DNA of 64,000 bases from Candidatus Latescibacterota bacterium (lineage in GTDB: Bacteria > Latescibacterota > UBA2968 > UBA8231). The position numbers and the translations under genes were made by a program. Of the stretch, positions 30,393-40,848 are shown piece after piece (position 1 is the first letter of the stretch; every line of letters begins with the position of its first letter). The stretch spans positions 4,736,001-4,800,000 of the forward strand of contig OZ252098.1 in NCBI GenBank assembly GCA_965248355.1, written 5' to 3'. The notes below the pieces were generated by a model. It did no database searches, was not told where the DNA came from, and saw only the letters and a program-made list of their open reading frames with translations.

Positions 30393-33104
30393 ATGACCCC
30401 TCAAGGCGAATCCAGGGACGGACCCCTGTCGGCCCTGCGGCGGCAGCTGCGCGACAGCGGCGATCCGGGCTCCACCGAGGCGCGGCGCCGGTTCTGGGAA
30501 TCGCGCCTGGAGGAGCTGGCCCGCGCCCACCAGGCCGGCGCCGGCGGCGGGGAGACGGCGGCCGGCATCGCCGCCGCGGTGGACGCCGTCGTCCTCGACG
30601 CCTGGGCGGCGGCGGCCGGGCCCCACCAGGACGTGCGCCACGCCGTGGCCGCTCTCGGCGGTTACGGCCGGGGAGAGATGGCGCCGCGGTCGGACGTGGA
30701 CCTGCTCTTCCTCTTCGCCCGCGAGCGCCACAAGAGGGCGGAGCTCATCCGCGGCGTCCTGCACCCGCTGTGGGACCTCGGCTTCGACATCGGCCACAGC
30801 AGCCGCACCCTGGCCGAGTGCGTCGCCATGGCGCGCGACCTCGAGTCGTGCACGGCCATGCTCGACGCGCGCCTGCTGGCCGGCGACGGGGAGTTGTTCG
30901 CCGGCTTCCGGCAGCGGCTGCTGGCCCGCCTGCCGAAGGCCACGGTGCGCCGCCTGCGCCGGCTGCACCTGGAGCGGGGGGCCCACGCCGGCTCCGTGCA
31001 GCTGTTGGAGCCCAACGTCAAGGAATCGCCCGGCGGCCTGCGCGAGATCCACCTCCTGGAATGGGCCGCCAAGGCCCATGGCCGCACCGCCGACGCGGCC
31101 GACGGCCTCCGCCGCTGCCTCGACGAGCAGGACCTGGAGGCCCTGGCCTCGGGGCGCGACTTCCTCTGGCGCATCCGCCACGAGCTGCACTTCTCCATGG
31201 GCCGCAAGCAGGACGTGCTCGAGAACGAGATCAAGCCCGTCGTGGCCAGGAACCTCGGCTACTTCGACCGCGCCGTGGGCGCCCCGGGCGAGCTGCCCCG
31301 CCAGGGGGACCTGCTGCGCGTGGGAACGCCGGACCGCACCGGCGCCGACCGGGGCCGCGAGCTGGCCGTGGAGGCCTTCCTGCGCGACTACTACCTGCAC
31401 GCCAGCCGCGCCTTCCACGTGGCGCGCCTCGGCTTCGACCGCCTGGCCGCGGGACCGCGCAAGGGCCGGCGGCTGCTGCTGGAGCCGGGGGTGGTGGCGG
31501 TGGACAACCAGATCGAGCTGCCCGGCGGCGCGGACTGGCTGGCCGCCGACCCGCTGCGCCTGCTGTCGATCTTCCGGCTCTCCCAGACCCGGCGCCTGTC
31601 CCTGTCCGAGCCCGTATGCCGGATCCTGCGCCAGTCCCTGCACCTGATCGACGACGAGGTGCGCCGCCATCCCGGGGCCCGGGACCTCTTCCTGCGCATC
31701 CTCGAGCGCCGGCGGCACACGGCGGCCACCCTGCGGGAGATGCACGATCTCGGCGTCCTCGGCGCCTACCTGCCGGAGTTCGGCGACCTGACCTGCCTGG
31801 TCCAGTACGACATCTACCACGTCTACACCGTGGACGAGCACACCCTCGTCGGTCTGGAGAAGCTCGAGGAGCTTCTGCGCGGCGAGGGGCCGCCGTCGCT
31901 GGTCAAGGCCGCCGCGGAGATCGAGCGCAAGGACCTGCTCTTTCTGGGGATGCTCCTGCATGACATCGGCAAGTCGCGCCGGGAGGAGCACATCAGCGTG
32001 GGCCTGCGCATGGGCGCCGGGCTGTGCCAGCGCATCGGTCTCTCCGAGGCGGACACGAGGCAGGTCCTGTTCCTCATCGAGAACCACCAGGAGATGGTCA
32101 CCATCTCCAAGCGCCGCGATCTCGACGATTACCGGATGATCGCCGACTTCGCCGGGCGCTTCGCCGAACCCGAGTGGCTGCGGGCCCTGTACCTGATGTC
32201 CTACGCCGACCTGTCGGCGGTCGCCTCCGACGCCTGGACCGATTGGCAGGGGGCGCTGCTCTGGGAGCTCTACCACAAGACCATGGAGCAGCTCGCCTCC
32301 GGCATGCAGAGCCTGGAGGGCCGCGCCCGGGCGCGGATGATCGCCGAGGGCCACCTGGAGCGGATCCGGGGCCGCTGGACGCCGGAGAAGGCAGAGGCCT
32401 TCGAAGCCCACGTGGACCGCCTCCCCGAACGTTACCTGCTGGCCTACGGCCTGGAGCAGATCGAGCGCCACCTGGCCCTGGTGGAGGCCCTCGCCTCGGG
32501 GGAGGAGCGGGTCCTGCTGGAGTTCGTGGAGCACCCGGACCACACGGAGGTCGCCGTCTGCGCGGCCGATCAGCGCCACCTGCTGGCCGAGATCTGCGGC
32601 GTCCTGGCCGTCCACGACATCAACATCCTGCGCGCCGACGTGCAGACCCGCGACGACGAGGTCGTCATCGACACCTTCCAGGTCACCGACGTGGACGGCA
32701 CGGCGGCCCTGCCCCCGTGGAAGAAGGAGCGCCTCGGGCGGCGCCTGTCACAGGTGATCGGCGGAGAGCTGGCCGTGCAGGAGCTCTTCGACCGCTACAG
32801 CGCCAACTGGAGCCGCCGCCGCGACCGACCCGTCCGCGACCCGGAGGTGCTCTTCGAGAACCAGGTCTCCGACCGCTACACCGTGGTCGACGTCAACGCC
32901 CAGGACGCGGTGGGCCTGCTCTACACCATCACCCACTGCCTGGGCGAGCAGGGCTGCGGCATCCACATGGCGATCGTCGACACCGTGGCCGACCGCGCCA
33001 CCGACGCCTTCTACATCGTCGACGCCGACGGCGGCAAGATCGTCAACTACGACGCCCTGGAGAGCCTCCGCGGCCAGTTGCTGGAACGGCTGTCGGCGCG
33101 CTGA
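30393..33104 (+). CDS. glnD: [Protein-PII] uridylyltransferase/uridylyl-removing enzyme
   Basis: ALGGYGRGEMAP.SDVDL, EPNVKESPGGLRE, YHVYTVDEHT, LLHDIGK, two C-terminal ACT domains. Confidence 0.95.
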   Translation: MTPQGESRDGPLSALRRQLRDSGDPGSTEARRRFWESRLEELARAHQAGAGGGETAAGIAAAVDAVVLDAWAAAAGPHQDVRHAVAALGGYGRGEMAPRSDVDLLFLFARERHKRAELIRGVLHPLWDLGFDIGHSSRTLAECVAMARDLESCTAMLDARLLAGDGELFAGFRQRLLARLPKATVRRLRRLHLERGAHAGSVQLLEPNVKESPGGLREIHLLEWAAKAHGRTADAADGLRRCLDEQDLEALASGRDFLWRIRHELHFSMGRKQDVLENEIKPVVARNLGYFDRAVGAPGELPRQGDLLRVGTPDRTGADRGRELAVEAFLRDYYLHASRAFHVARLGFDRLAAGPRKGRRLLLEPGVVAVDNQIELPGGADWLAADPLRLLSIFRLSQTRRLSLSEPVCRILRQSLHLIDDEVRRHPGARDLFLRILERRRHTAATLREMHDLGVLGAYLPEFGDLTCLVQYDIYHVYTVDEHTLVGLEKLEELLRGEGPPSLVKAAAEIERKDLLFLGMLLHDIGKSRREEHISVGLRMGAGLCQRIGLSEADTRQVLFLIENHQEMVTISKRRDLDDYRMIADFAGRFAEPEWLRALYLMSYADLSAVASDAWTDWQGALLWELYHKTMEQLASGMQSLEGRARARMIAEGHLERIRGRWTPEKAEAFEAHVDRLPERYLLAYGLEQIERHLALVEALASGEERVLLEFVEHPDHTEVAVCAADQRHLLAEICGVLAVHDINILRADVQTRDDEVVIDTFQVTDVDGTAALPPWKKERLGRRLSQVIGGELAVQELFDRYSANWSRRRDRPVRDPEVLFENQVSDRYTVVDVNAQDAVGLLYTITHCLGEQGCGIHMAIVDTVADRATDAFYIVDADGGKIVNYDALESLRGQLLERLSAR

Positions 33105-33191
33105 GCCGCCCTCGAGCCTGCCTCTGACCGGCGCCCCCGACGACGGAGAGGTCGCCGGCGTCAGTCGGCGCCCGCCTCGCCGCCACCGCTG

Positions 33192-35408
33192 TCACCTGCC
33201 TCCCGGCAGCGCCACGTCCTCCTCCTCCCAGGCCCGCCACTTGGAGGGACTGTCCCTCACCTTCGGGCCGGCGTACTGCAGGCTGAACTGGTACGAGGGC
33301 GCCTCGAAGAGCGTGGAGCCGCCGCAGTCGAGGCGCATCGCCTCGGTGCAGGCGTAGGAGACCGACCCCTCCCGGCGGCGGGCCCACACGAAGCGGGCGT
33401 CCGTCTCGATCCAGGCGTAGCGGGTGCGGCCGGAGGACCAGGTGTAGCGCGGGCGGACGTCCTCCATGAGCAGCTCCTCCTCCCGGTCGAGCTTCACGCC
33501 GACGACGGTCTCGCCATGGTCGGATTCGACCACCAGGCCGGCGGCGGAAGGGCGGTCGACGTCGGCCACGCGGATGCGCCCGGCGATGGCGGCGGCGTCC
33601 TCGGCGCGGTCGTGGGGCGCCAGGACCGAGTAGAAGGCGACCCACTTTCCGGCCGCCAGCCGGCCCGAGGTCGTCTGGTGGAGGAGGATCTCCTCCTGCC
33701 AGTGGCGCCGGACCGGCTCCCGGCCCTGCCAGAACCAGGGCCGAGGGGGCAGGATCAGGGCCAGGGCGGGGGCGCCCTCCGGCGCCGCGTACACCTCCCC
33801 TCCCGGCTCGGTGCGCACGGAATCGATGGCCGTGTCGAAGTAGCCTTCCCCCTCGTGGAGCACCTTCTGCGTGTGGTAGAGGTTGGAGAGGGTGAAGACC
33901 TCGTCCCGGAGGGCCTGGATCGCGTCGATGACGAGGAACATCTCCTCGTCGAGCAGGTAGGCGACGACGCGGTCGTGCAGGTACCCGGCGCCGCGGTCGA
34001 CGACGCGGGTGCGCGAGAACTCCACGCGCGCGAAGCGCCGGTAGTCGATGCGGCTCGTCTCCACCGGCCGGTAGCGCCCGTCGTTGTGGAGAAAGTCGTA
34101 GAGCGAGTCCCCCTCGCGCATCAGCTCGTTGCGCACGACGACGCGGTTGTGGTAGAGATCGGCCCGGTAGTGCCCGTTCGGCAGTTTCTCGCGGTAGCCG
34201 CCGTCGTGGAGCAGCAGGGCGCCCCGGCTGGTCAGGGTGGAGATGCTGTTCTCGTCGGCGTGTCCGTGATGGGCCTTCTCCGCCTCCACGGGGATCGTGT
34301 GGTTGAGGTAGTCCCGCTGGGTGCGGCCGTAGTCGGTGTCGGGCTTGTAGTTGAGCAGCAGGAAGGTGTCCTGCCGCGACCACCCGCTGCGGAAGACGAC
34401 CTTCTTGCCCGCCAACTCGTCCAGCACCTCGCGGCCCCTCCAGGTCGGGGCGCGGGGCTCGACCTCCTCGTCGAGCCAGTTGGCGGCCTGCACCCAGATC
34501 ACGGGGTCGCCGAAGGGCCCGGGGCCGTGGCGCTCCAGGAGGCGCTCGAAGACCTCGCCGGCGGCCCAGCGCAGGCAGCCGTCGCCGTACTCCCGGGCGC
34601 CGCGCTCGAAGATGGCCAGGTATTTGGGCAGGTTCGACGCCCAGTAGGAATCGCCGAAGTCGGCGACCCCGCCGATGGGGCACAGCAGGTTGAGGTAGTA
34701 CTCGAAGTAGAAGCGGCTCGTGGGCTGGCGGAAGAAGGCGGCCTCCTCGCCGGCGAGATCGACATAGGCGAGGACCGCCTGGGTCCACATGGCGTGGTAG
34801 TGCATGGCGTCCTCGATCGTCCAGCCCTCGAGGCTGTCGGCCATCAGCTCCCGCGCCATGCGCTCCCAGCGCCGGGCACGTGGGTCGCCGGCACAGGCCC
34901 GGGACGCGGCGAGCAGACCCCAGGCGCGGATGGCGGTGCGGTTGTGGGCCCCCCACTCGGGAAAGGCGAAGAGGAGCTCGCAGCTCTCGGCGAGCATCTC
35001 GCGTATGGCCCGGTGCTGCTCGTCGGTGACGGCCCCGCTCTCGCGGATGCTCAGGTACGCCTCGGCCATCGTCGACAGGTGGAAGAAGTTGGGCTGGGCC
35101 GGGAGGCCGCCGGCGAACTCGGGCCGGTCCGGTATCAGGTGGCGCGGATAGGCCTCGGCGAAGCGGCCGTACGCCGCCAGCCGCCGGGCCGCCGAGCCCG
35201 CCAGGTCCTCGTCGCCCTCCTCCCGGGCCAGGAATCCCTCGGCGAGAGCCAGATTGAGAGGCAGGGCCGGCGGCTGCTGCAGTCCGGAGAGCGGTTCCGG
35301 GTGGAGGTCGGCCAGCCATCTGTCCAGGAGGCCTTCGGCCTTCCCCTGGGCGCCGGGCACCCAGAGGCGCAGGCGCTCCACGTAGGCCTGGCTCGAAGTC
35401 GGCGTCAT
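33192..35408 (-). CDS. Heparinase II/III-like (alpha-toroid + beta-sandwich) protein, no signal peptide
   Basis: HHGHADENSI...LLHDGGY, HNRVVV, VVFRSGW, FGDS, EDAMHYH; function unproven. Confidence 0.6.
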   Translation of the reverse strand: MTPTSSQAYVERLRLWVPGAQGKAEGLLDRWLADLHPEPLSGLQQPPALPLNLALAEGFLAREEGDEDLAGSAARRLAAYGRFAEAYPRHLIPDRPEFAGGLPAQPNFFHLSTMAEAYLSIRESGAVTDEQHRAIREMLAESCELLFAFPEWGAHNRTAIRAWGLLAASRACAGDPRARRWERMARELMADSLEGWTIEDAMHYHAMWTQAVLAYVDLAGEEAAFFRQPTSRFYFEYYLNLLCPIGGVADFGDSYWASNLPKYLAIFERGAREYGDGCLRWAAGEVFERLLERHGPGPFGDPVIWVQAANWLDEEVEPRAPTWRGREVLDELAGKKVVFRSGWSRQDTFLLLNYKPDTDYGRTQRDYLNHTIPVEAEKAHHGHADENSISTLTSRGALLLHDGGYREKLPNGHYRADLYHNRVVVRNELMREGDSLYDFLHNDGRYRPVETSRIDYRRFARVEFSRTRVVDRGAGYLHDRVVAYLLDEEMFLVIDAIQALRDEVFTLSNLYHTQKVLHEGEGYFDTAIDSVRTEPGGEVYAAPEGAPALALILPPRPWFWQGREPVRRHWQEEILLHQTTSGRLAAGKWVAFYSVLAPHDRAEDAAAIAGRIRVADVDRPSAAGLVVESDHGETVVGVKLDREEELLMEDVRPRYTWSSGRTRYAWIETDARFVWARRREGSVSYACTEAMRLDCGGSTLFEAPSYQFSLQYAGPKVRDSPSKWRAWEEEDVALPGGR

Positions 35409-35531
35409 GTTTCCTCGTGTCGGCGAAGGGAAAGCGGATCCGTCCGGGACGGCCGGCCAGGGCGGCGTGCCGGGCCGGAAGGCCCGCGCCCGGATCCGTG
35501 GGGTGCTGAGCGGCCATAATCGTCAGGCTCT

Positions 35532-35548
35532 TCCTTGCGGCGCAAGGA
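35532..35548. promoter_or_regulatory. Perfect 8-bp inverted repeat in the divergent region (candidate operator)
   Basis: TCCTTGCG-g-CGCAAGGA just downstream of a CATAAT hexamer. Confidence 0.3.
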
Positions 35549-35699
35549 TGTGCGAGGAGGCGGGCCGGCCCCGGGGCCGGGCTTGTCGGGACCGTTGGCC
35601 GCCGTCCACCTTATCGGGGACATACCCCTTCTCGCGGATGCAGCTGCGATCCCTCAATCCAATCCCAGGCCCTCCCGATCCTCCTCGCGCCAGGGCGCC

Positions 35700-37625
35700 G
35701 TGACCCTCCGCGCCCTCTTCGCCGGCGCTGTCGTCTGCGTCCTGCTGGGGGTGGCCGCCCCGTACGAGAACCTGCTCATCTCCGGCTCTCCCCTGCACTT
35801 CGACTACAGCACGCCGGCGGCGGTCTTCCTCTTCCTCCTGTTCCTGCTGCTGGCCAACCCCGTCCTGGCCCTGCTGCGGCGCAGCTGGCGGTTCACCGCC
35901 GCCGAGCTGGCCACGGTGTACATCATGGCCGCCGTGGCCTGCACGATCCCCACGGGCGGCCTCGTCTGCCACCTCCTGCCCCACATCTCATCGGGGACCT
36001 ACTTCTCCACGCCGGAGAACGGGTGGGCCCAGGAGATCGTGCCCTTCCTGCCGCAGTGGATGCGGGTCTCCGACCCGCAGGCGGTCAAGTGGTTCTACGA
36101 GGGGCTGCCGTCGGGGACGCCCCTGCCCTGGATGGCGTGGCTGGCGCCGCTGCTGGCGTGGCTGCCCATGCTGCTGGCCGCGTACGCGGCGATGACGGCG
36201 CTCATGGTGCTGGTGCGCAAGCAGTGGATCCAGCACGAGCGCCTCACCTTCCCCCTCGTGCAGGTGCCGATCTCGATGATCGGCGACGAGGGCGAGAACC
36301 GCGGGAGGGTGAGCGGATTCTTCCGGAGCCCAGCCGTCTGGATCGGCATCCTGATCCCCTTCCTGCAGTACTCCCTGCGGGCCCTGCACAACTACTACCC
36401 GGTCGTGCCGGAGGGGGTGCCGATCTGGCAGTACTACTACTTCTGGGACGGCAAGTTCCAGTTGCGCTGGTCGATCAGCCACGCCGTCGTCGGCTTCGGG
36501 TTCCTGCTGAGCACCAAGCTCGGGTTCAGCATGTGGTTCCTCGGGCTCCTGACCACCCTGGAGCGGGCCCTGCTCCTGCACTACGGAATCCCCGGGACCC
36601 AGCGCGTCGAGGGCATCGCCCTCGGCTCGGCCTACCTGGCCTACCAGGGGTTCGGAGCCCTGGTGGTGCTCGCCGCCAGCTCCCTGTGGGTCGCCCGCCG
36701 CCACCTGGGGCAGATCTGGCGCAAGGTCGCCGCCCGGACCAGCGACGTCGACGACGGCGACGAGATCCTGTCCTACCGACAGGCCGTGGGCCTGCTGGCG
36801 GCGGCCGTCCTCGTCATGTGCGTCTGGCTCCACGCGGCCGGCATGGCCTGGTGGCTGGCGCCGCTCCTGATCGGGACCGCCCTGGGTGTGATGTTCGGCC
36901 TGACGCGCATCGTCGCCGAAGGGGGGCTGGCGGTGACCAAGGTCCCCCTGGTCCCGGTGGATGCTCTCATCGGCACCTTCGGCGCCAGCGCCCTCGGGCA
37001 CGCCAATCTCGGGGCCCTCGGCATGACCTTCACCTGGGCCGGGGGGATGCGCGTCACCCTGATGGCGGCGGTCATCCACGGGCTGCGGCTGGCCGAGCAC
37101 TACATCACCGTGCACCGGCGCCGCCTGGCCGCCGCGGTCCTGCTGGCCGTGCTGTGCGCCGCCGCCGCCTCGGCAATCACGATTCTGACCCTCGGGTACC
37201 GCCACGGCGCCCTGAACCTCAGCTTCTGGTTCTTCGGGGAGAGGGCCGCCACCCTGCCGTACACCTTCACGGCCTACCACCTGGCCAACCCGGCCGGCGT
37301 CACCTGGGAGTTCCTCGGCGTCAGCGGTGCGGGCGGGACCGTCCAGCTGGCCCTGACCCTGGCCTCCAAGCGGTTCCTGTGGTTCCCCGTGCATCCCATC
37401 GCCTTCCCCATCAGCGCCATGTGGACGACCCATCACCTGATGCCCAGCATCTTCATCGGCTGGCTGGTGAAGGCCGCGGTCCTGCGCTACGGCGGCGCCA
37501 CCCTGTACCGCCGGGTGCGGCCCTTCTTCCTCGGTCTCATCCTCGGACACTATGCTACCGGGGGCCTCTGGTGCGTCATCGACGGGATCACCGGCATGAC
37601 AGGCAACTACCTGTTCTTCTGGTGA
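35700..37625 (+). CDS. Polytopic membrane protein, DUF6785/DUF6784 (OPT-like putative transporter) type
   Basis: Many TM helices; STPENGW, RKQW..HERLTFPL, DDGDE.LSYR, RIVAEGG, WFPVHP, LRYGG..LYRR..PFFLGLILG; start uncertain (ORF open from 35535). Confidence 0.75.
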   Translation: MTLRALFAGAVVCVLLGVAAPYENLLISGSPLHFDYSTPAAVFLFLLFLLLANPVLALLRRSWRFTAAELATVYIMAAVACTIPTGGLVCHLLPHISSGTYFSTPENGWAQEIVPFLPQWMRVSDPQAVKWFYEGLPSGTPLPWMAWLAPLLAWLPMLLAAYAAMTALMVLVRKQWIQHERLTFPLVQVPISMIGDEGENRGRVSGFFRSPAVWIGILIPFLQYSLRALHNYYPVVPEGVPIWQYYYFWDGKFQLRWSISHAVVGFGFLLSTKLGFSMWFLGLLTTLERALLLHYGIPGTQRVEGIALGSAYLAYQGFGALVVLAASSLWVARRHLGQIWRKVAARTSDVDDGDEILSYRQAVGLLAAAVLVMCVWLHAAGMAWWLAPLLIGTALGVMFGLTRIVAEGGLAVTKVPLVPVDALIGTFGASALGHANLGALGMTFTWAGGMRVTLMAAVIHGLRLAEHYITVHRRRLAAAVLLAVLCAAAASAITILTLGYRHGALNLSFWFFGERAATLPYTFTAYHLANPAGVTWEFLGVSGAGGTVQLALTLASKRFLWFPVHPIAFPISAMWTTHHLMPSIFIGWLVKAAVLRYGGATLYRRVRPFFLGLILGHYATGGLWCVIDGITGMTGNYLFFW

Positions 37626-37859
37626 CTTGCCGGGGGCGGGAAGGCCGGGGATCCTCGCGGGCTTGCAAGGGGTTGCACCGACGGGCGGACAGCGGGCGGA
37701 TTTTTTCCGTTGCGGTATTCGGCTTCCAGGTCGTAAATTAGCCGTTTAGCTCGATCACACTCTGTTCCGCTGTTCCGGCTCCGCAGGGCCGCGGCGCCGT
37801 CGCCCGCGACGGAATCCCCGCCCGCCGGAGCCCCGAGGAACCACTCTGGAGGAGGAGCC

Positions 37860-40802
37860 ATGGAGGTGCTGCATAAGGTTCGGCCGGTGCTCGCTCTCGC
37901 GATCCTGGCCCTGGCGCTGGGCGCCCAACCCGCCCTGGCCAGCTACGGCAAGATCTCGGGGCGGATCACCGACGCTTCAGGAGAGCCCCTGATCGGGGCC
38001 CGGGTGAGCACCGAGGTCGGCGGCTTCCGTCTGGGTACGGTCACCGACGACGAGGGACGCTACTTCATCCTCAACGTCCCGCCCGGGCGCTACGCCGTCG
38101 AGGCTGGCCACGTAGGCCACCAGACCGTGCAGAAGACAGATGTCCTCGTGCGGCTGGACTTGACGACCACCGTTGACTTCTCCCTGGCCACCGAGGCGAT
38201 CAAGGGCCCCGTGGTCGTCGTGCTCGCCGAGCGCCCCCCGGTGGAGAAGAGCCTGACCTCGACGCGTCAGACCATCGACCGGAGCGAGATCAACAACACC
38301 ATGCCGGTCTCCGACCTGCAGGACCTGATCAACACCACCCCCAGTTCCTTCCGCGGCTTCATCCGAGGGGGCCGCAAGGCGGACACCAAGGTCCTCCTGG
38401 ACGGCATCGACGTCTCCGACAGCTATTTCCGGGCCGGCGAGGGCAACGGCGTCTACTCGCCCTACACCGCGACCCACCGCTCCGTGGGGAGTGAGTTCAC
38501 CTCGGTCGGGGTCAACGCTTCCTCGGTGCAGAGCCTGGACGTGATCTCCGGGACCTTCAACGCCGAGTACGACGCGGCCACCGCCGGCATCGTCAACGTC
38601 GTCTCGCGGGAGGGCGGGGGGGAGCTCGAGACCCAGGTGTTCTACCGCACCGGCCCCGGCACCAAGAACGCCGGGCCCGACGTCTACAACGACCTCGCCA
38701 GGTACCTCGAGGAGCGCGCCGCCCTGGCGAACGCCGACGACGACGCTCAGAAGGCCAAGGCGGAGTACTACTCCTTCGACGAGGGCACCATCGACGAGGT
38801 CGGGTACGGAGGCGGCCTGCGCCAGGAGCTGGAACTGTCCGTGGGCGGCCCCCTCACCAGTCGGGGCAACTTCTTCTTCACCGGCCGCTTCCTCGACGAC
38901 CGGGGGAACTTCTCCAACGCCCTGAACCGCGGCGCCCGTCTCTCCCTCAAGGCCACCCACCGCGCCACCGATGCCCTCAAGATCACCGCCAACCTGTCCG
39001 TCGACGACGGGGGCCGGCTCGGCGGCTGGGTCAACCGCGACTTCAACGGGCGCTTCAAGTTCTACCCGCAGGGGGCGATCGGAAACAAGAAGCTCGGGGT
39101 CCTGGCCTACCTGGGCCTGAGCCACACCCTGTCGGAGCGGACGATCATCGACGTCAAGCTGTCCCAGCTCAACCGGACGAGCGAGTTCGGGTTCTCCGAC
39201 GACAACGGAGACGGCGTTTCCACCCTGGAGGAGGGCGGGGACTTCATCCGCATCGACTCGGCCGAGGAGTCCGAGCTCTACCTGGGCGTCGGGGGCAGCG
39301 CCGTGGACGCCGACGGCAACTTCACCTTCTTCACCTCCGACCCCGGCAACGAGCGGTTCTTCACCCTGGGTTTCTCGAACAACCAGTACCGGTTCGGCCA
39401 GCCGGGATTCTATTATGAAGAGCTCAAGCGCAACGTCACCCAGTTCAAGGCCGATCTCACCCACCAGTGGAACTTCCACCACCAGTTGAAGACCGGCCTG
39501 CTCTACCGGCGCCACACCCTGGACCAGTACCAGCAGCGCACCCAGGTCAAGGTCATCTACGACCCGAACTTCCCCTTCGAGACGACCGCGTACACCCTCA
39601 ATCCGGCGGAGACCGCCCTCTACGTGCAGGACAAGATCGAGTACGAGGGGGTCATCGTGAACGCCGGCGTGCGCCTCGACATGTTCAACCCGGGGGCCCA
39701 GGTCCTGGCCGACTTCTTCAACCCCTCGATGCAGGACACGCTGTCCAACGGCCAGATCACGCGCAAGGCGCGCCTCGGCGAAGACGCCGACACCAAGATG
39801 TTCTGGCAGCCGCGGCTCGGCATTTCCCACCCCATCTCCGAGACGGCGGCCATGCACTACTCGTGGGGCAAGTTCTACACGCCGCCGCCGTTCTCGCAGC
39901 TCTACGACGAGTACGGCACCTTCGCCAACCCGTCGCTGCCGAACGTGCGCGACGTGAACGCGGACCCGCCCGAGGCCACGGCGTACGAGATGGGCCTGCA
40001 GTGGGGCTTCCATCCCGACTACCTCGTGGACGTCACCGCCTACTACCGCGACATCGAGAACTACGGGCGCACCGGTTACGCCATAAATCCCGATCCCGCG
40101 GCCGGCGCCGGCTTCGGCTCCTACACCTTCACCACGAGCTTCGGCTACGCCGACGCCCGCGGCATCGAGCTCTCTCTGTTCCGCCGCCCGGGCAAGATGG
40201 TCTCGGGGCGTCTGAACTACGCCTTCAGCTACATCAAGGCCTCGGGCGGGGCCGGCCGCCTGACCCCGTTCCCGGACAAGACGAGCTACGCCTATGCCGC
40301 CGGCGACACGGAGATCCCGCTGGAGGACCGCCAGACCTTCAACACGGTGGAGCGCAACGTGCAGGGAGGGAACAATTCCCTCACCACCGGCTTCGACCGC
40401 GCCCACCAGTTGAGCCTGTCCCTGCTGGCGCGCCTGCCCTATGGACTCGACCTGTCGCTGATCCAGAGCCTGGAGAGCGGTTTCCTCTACCGGCTGACCC
40501 AGACCTCGGAGGATCCGCGCGAGCGCGCCACCGAGCGGGGACCGGCCAACGCGAGCACCGACCTGCGCCTCACCCGGGGGCTGGAGCTGCTCGGGGCCAA
40601 TGCGGGCGTCTTCCTGGAGGTCACCAACCTGCTGGACCGGGAGAACGTGCTGGCCTTCGACAATTCCACGATCCCCAGCCAGGTCCTGTGGGAGGAGGAG
40701 CAGGATCCGACCGGGGAGTTGAACCGCGCCTTCAGCGGCCAGTCGATCCCGCTGTACGGCCCGCCGCGCCAGATCGGCCTCGGCGTGAGCATCGGCTTCT
40801 GA
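37860..40802 (+). CDS. TonB-dependent outer-membrane receptor with N-terminal carboxypeptidase-regulatory-like domain
   Basis: Signal peptide, GKISGRITD..GEPLIGA, plug IRGGR...LLDGIDV and VISGTFNAEY...AGIVNVVSREG, YVQDKIEY, PRLG.SHPI, C-terminal GVSIGF; GGAGGAGG RBS. Confidence 0.92.
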   Translation: MEVLHKVRPVLALAILALALGAQPALASYGKISGRITDASGEPLIGARVSTEVGGFRLGTVTDDEGRYFILNVPPGRYAVEAGHVGHQTVQKTDVLVRLDLTTTVDFSLATEAIKGPVVVVLAERPPVEKSLTSTRQTIDRSEINNTMPVSDLQDLINTTPSSFRGFIRGGRKADTKVLLDGIDVSDSYFRAGEGNGVYSPYTATHRSVGSEFTSVGVNASSVQSLDVISGTFNAEYDAATAGIVNVVSREGGGELETQVFYRTGPGTKNAGPDVYNDLARYLEERAALANADDDAQKAKAEYYSFDEGTIDEVGYGGGLRQELELSVGGPLTSRGNFFFTGRFLDDRGNFSNALNRGARLSLKATHRATDALKITANLSVDDGGRLGGWVNRDFNGRFKFYPQGAIGNKKLGVLAYLGLSHTLSERTIIDVKLSQLNRTSEFGFSDDNGDGVSTLEEGGDFIRIDSAEESELYLGVGGSAVDADGNFTFFTSDPGNERFFTLGFSNNQYRFGQPGFYYEELKRNVTQFKADLTHQWNFHHQLKTGLLYRRHTLDQYQQRTQVKVIYDPNFPFETTAYTLNPAETALYVQDKIEYEGVIVNAGVRLDMFNPGAQVLADFFNPSMQDTLSNGQITRKARLGEDADTKMFWQPRLGISHPISETAAMHYSWGKFYTPPPFSQLYDEYGTFANPSLPNVRDVNADPPEATAYEMGLQWGFHPDYLVDVTAYYRDIENYGRTGYAINPDPAAGAGFGSYTFTTSFGYADARGIELSLFRRPGKMVSGRLNYAFSYIKASGGAGRLTPFPDKTSYAYAAGDTEIPLEDRQTFNTVERNVQGGNNSLTTGFDRAHQLSLSLLARLPYGLDLSLIQSLESGFLYRLTQTSEDPRERATERGPANASTDLRLTRGLELLGANAGVFLEVTNLLDRENVLAFDNSTIPSQVLWEEEQDPTGELNRAFSGQSIPLYGPPRQIGLGVSIGF

Positions 40803-40848
40803 GAATGCGCTCATGGAACGGATCAGGGATTCTATCGGAGGAAATACG

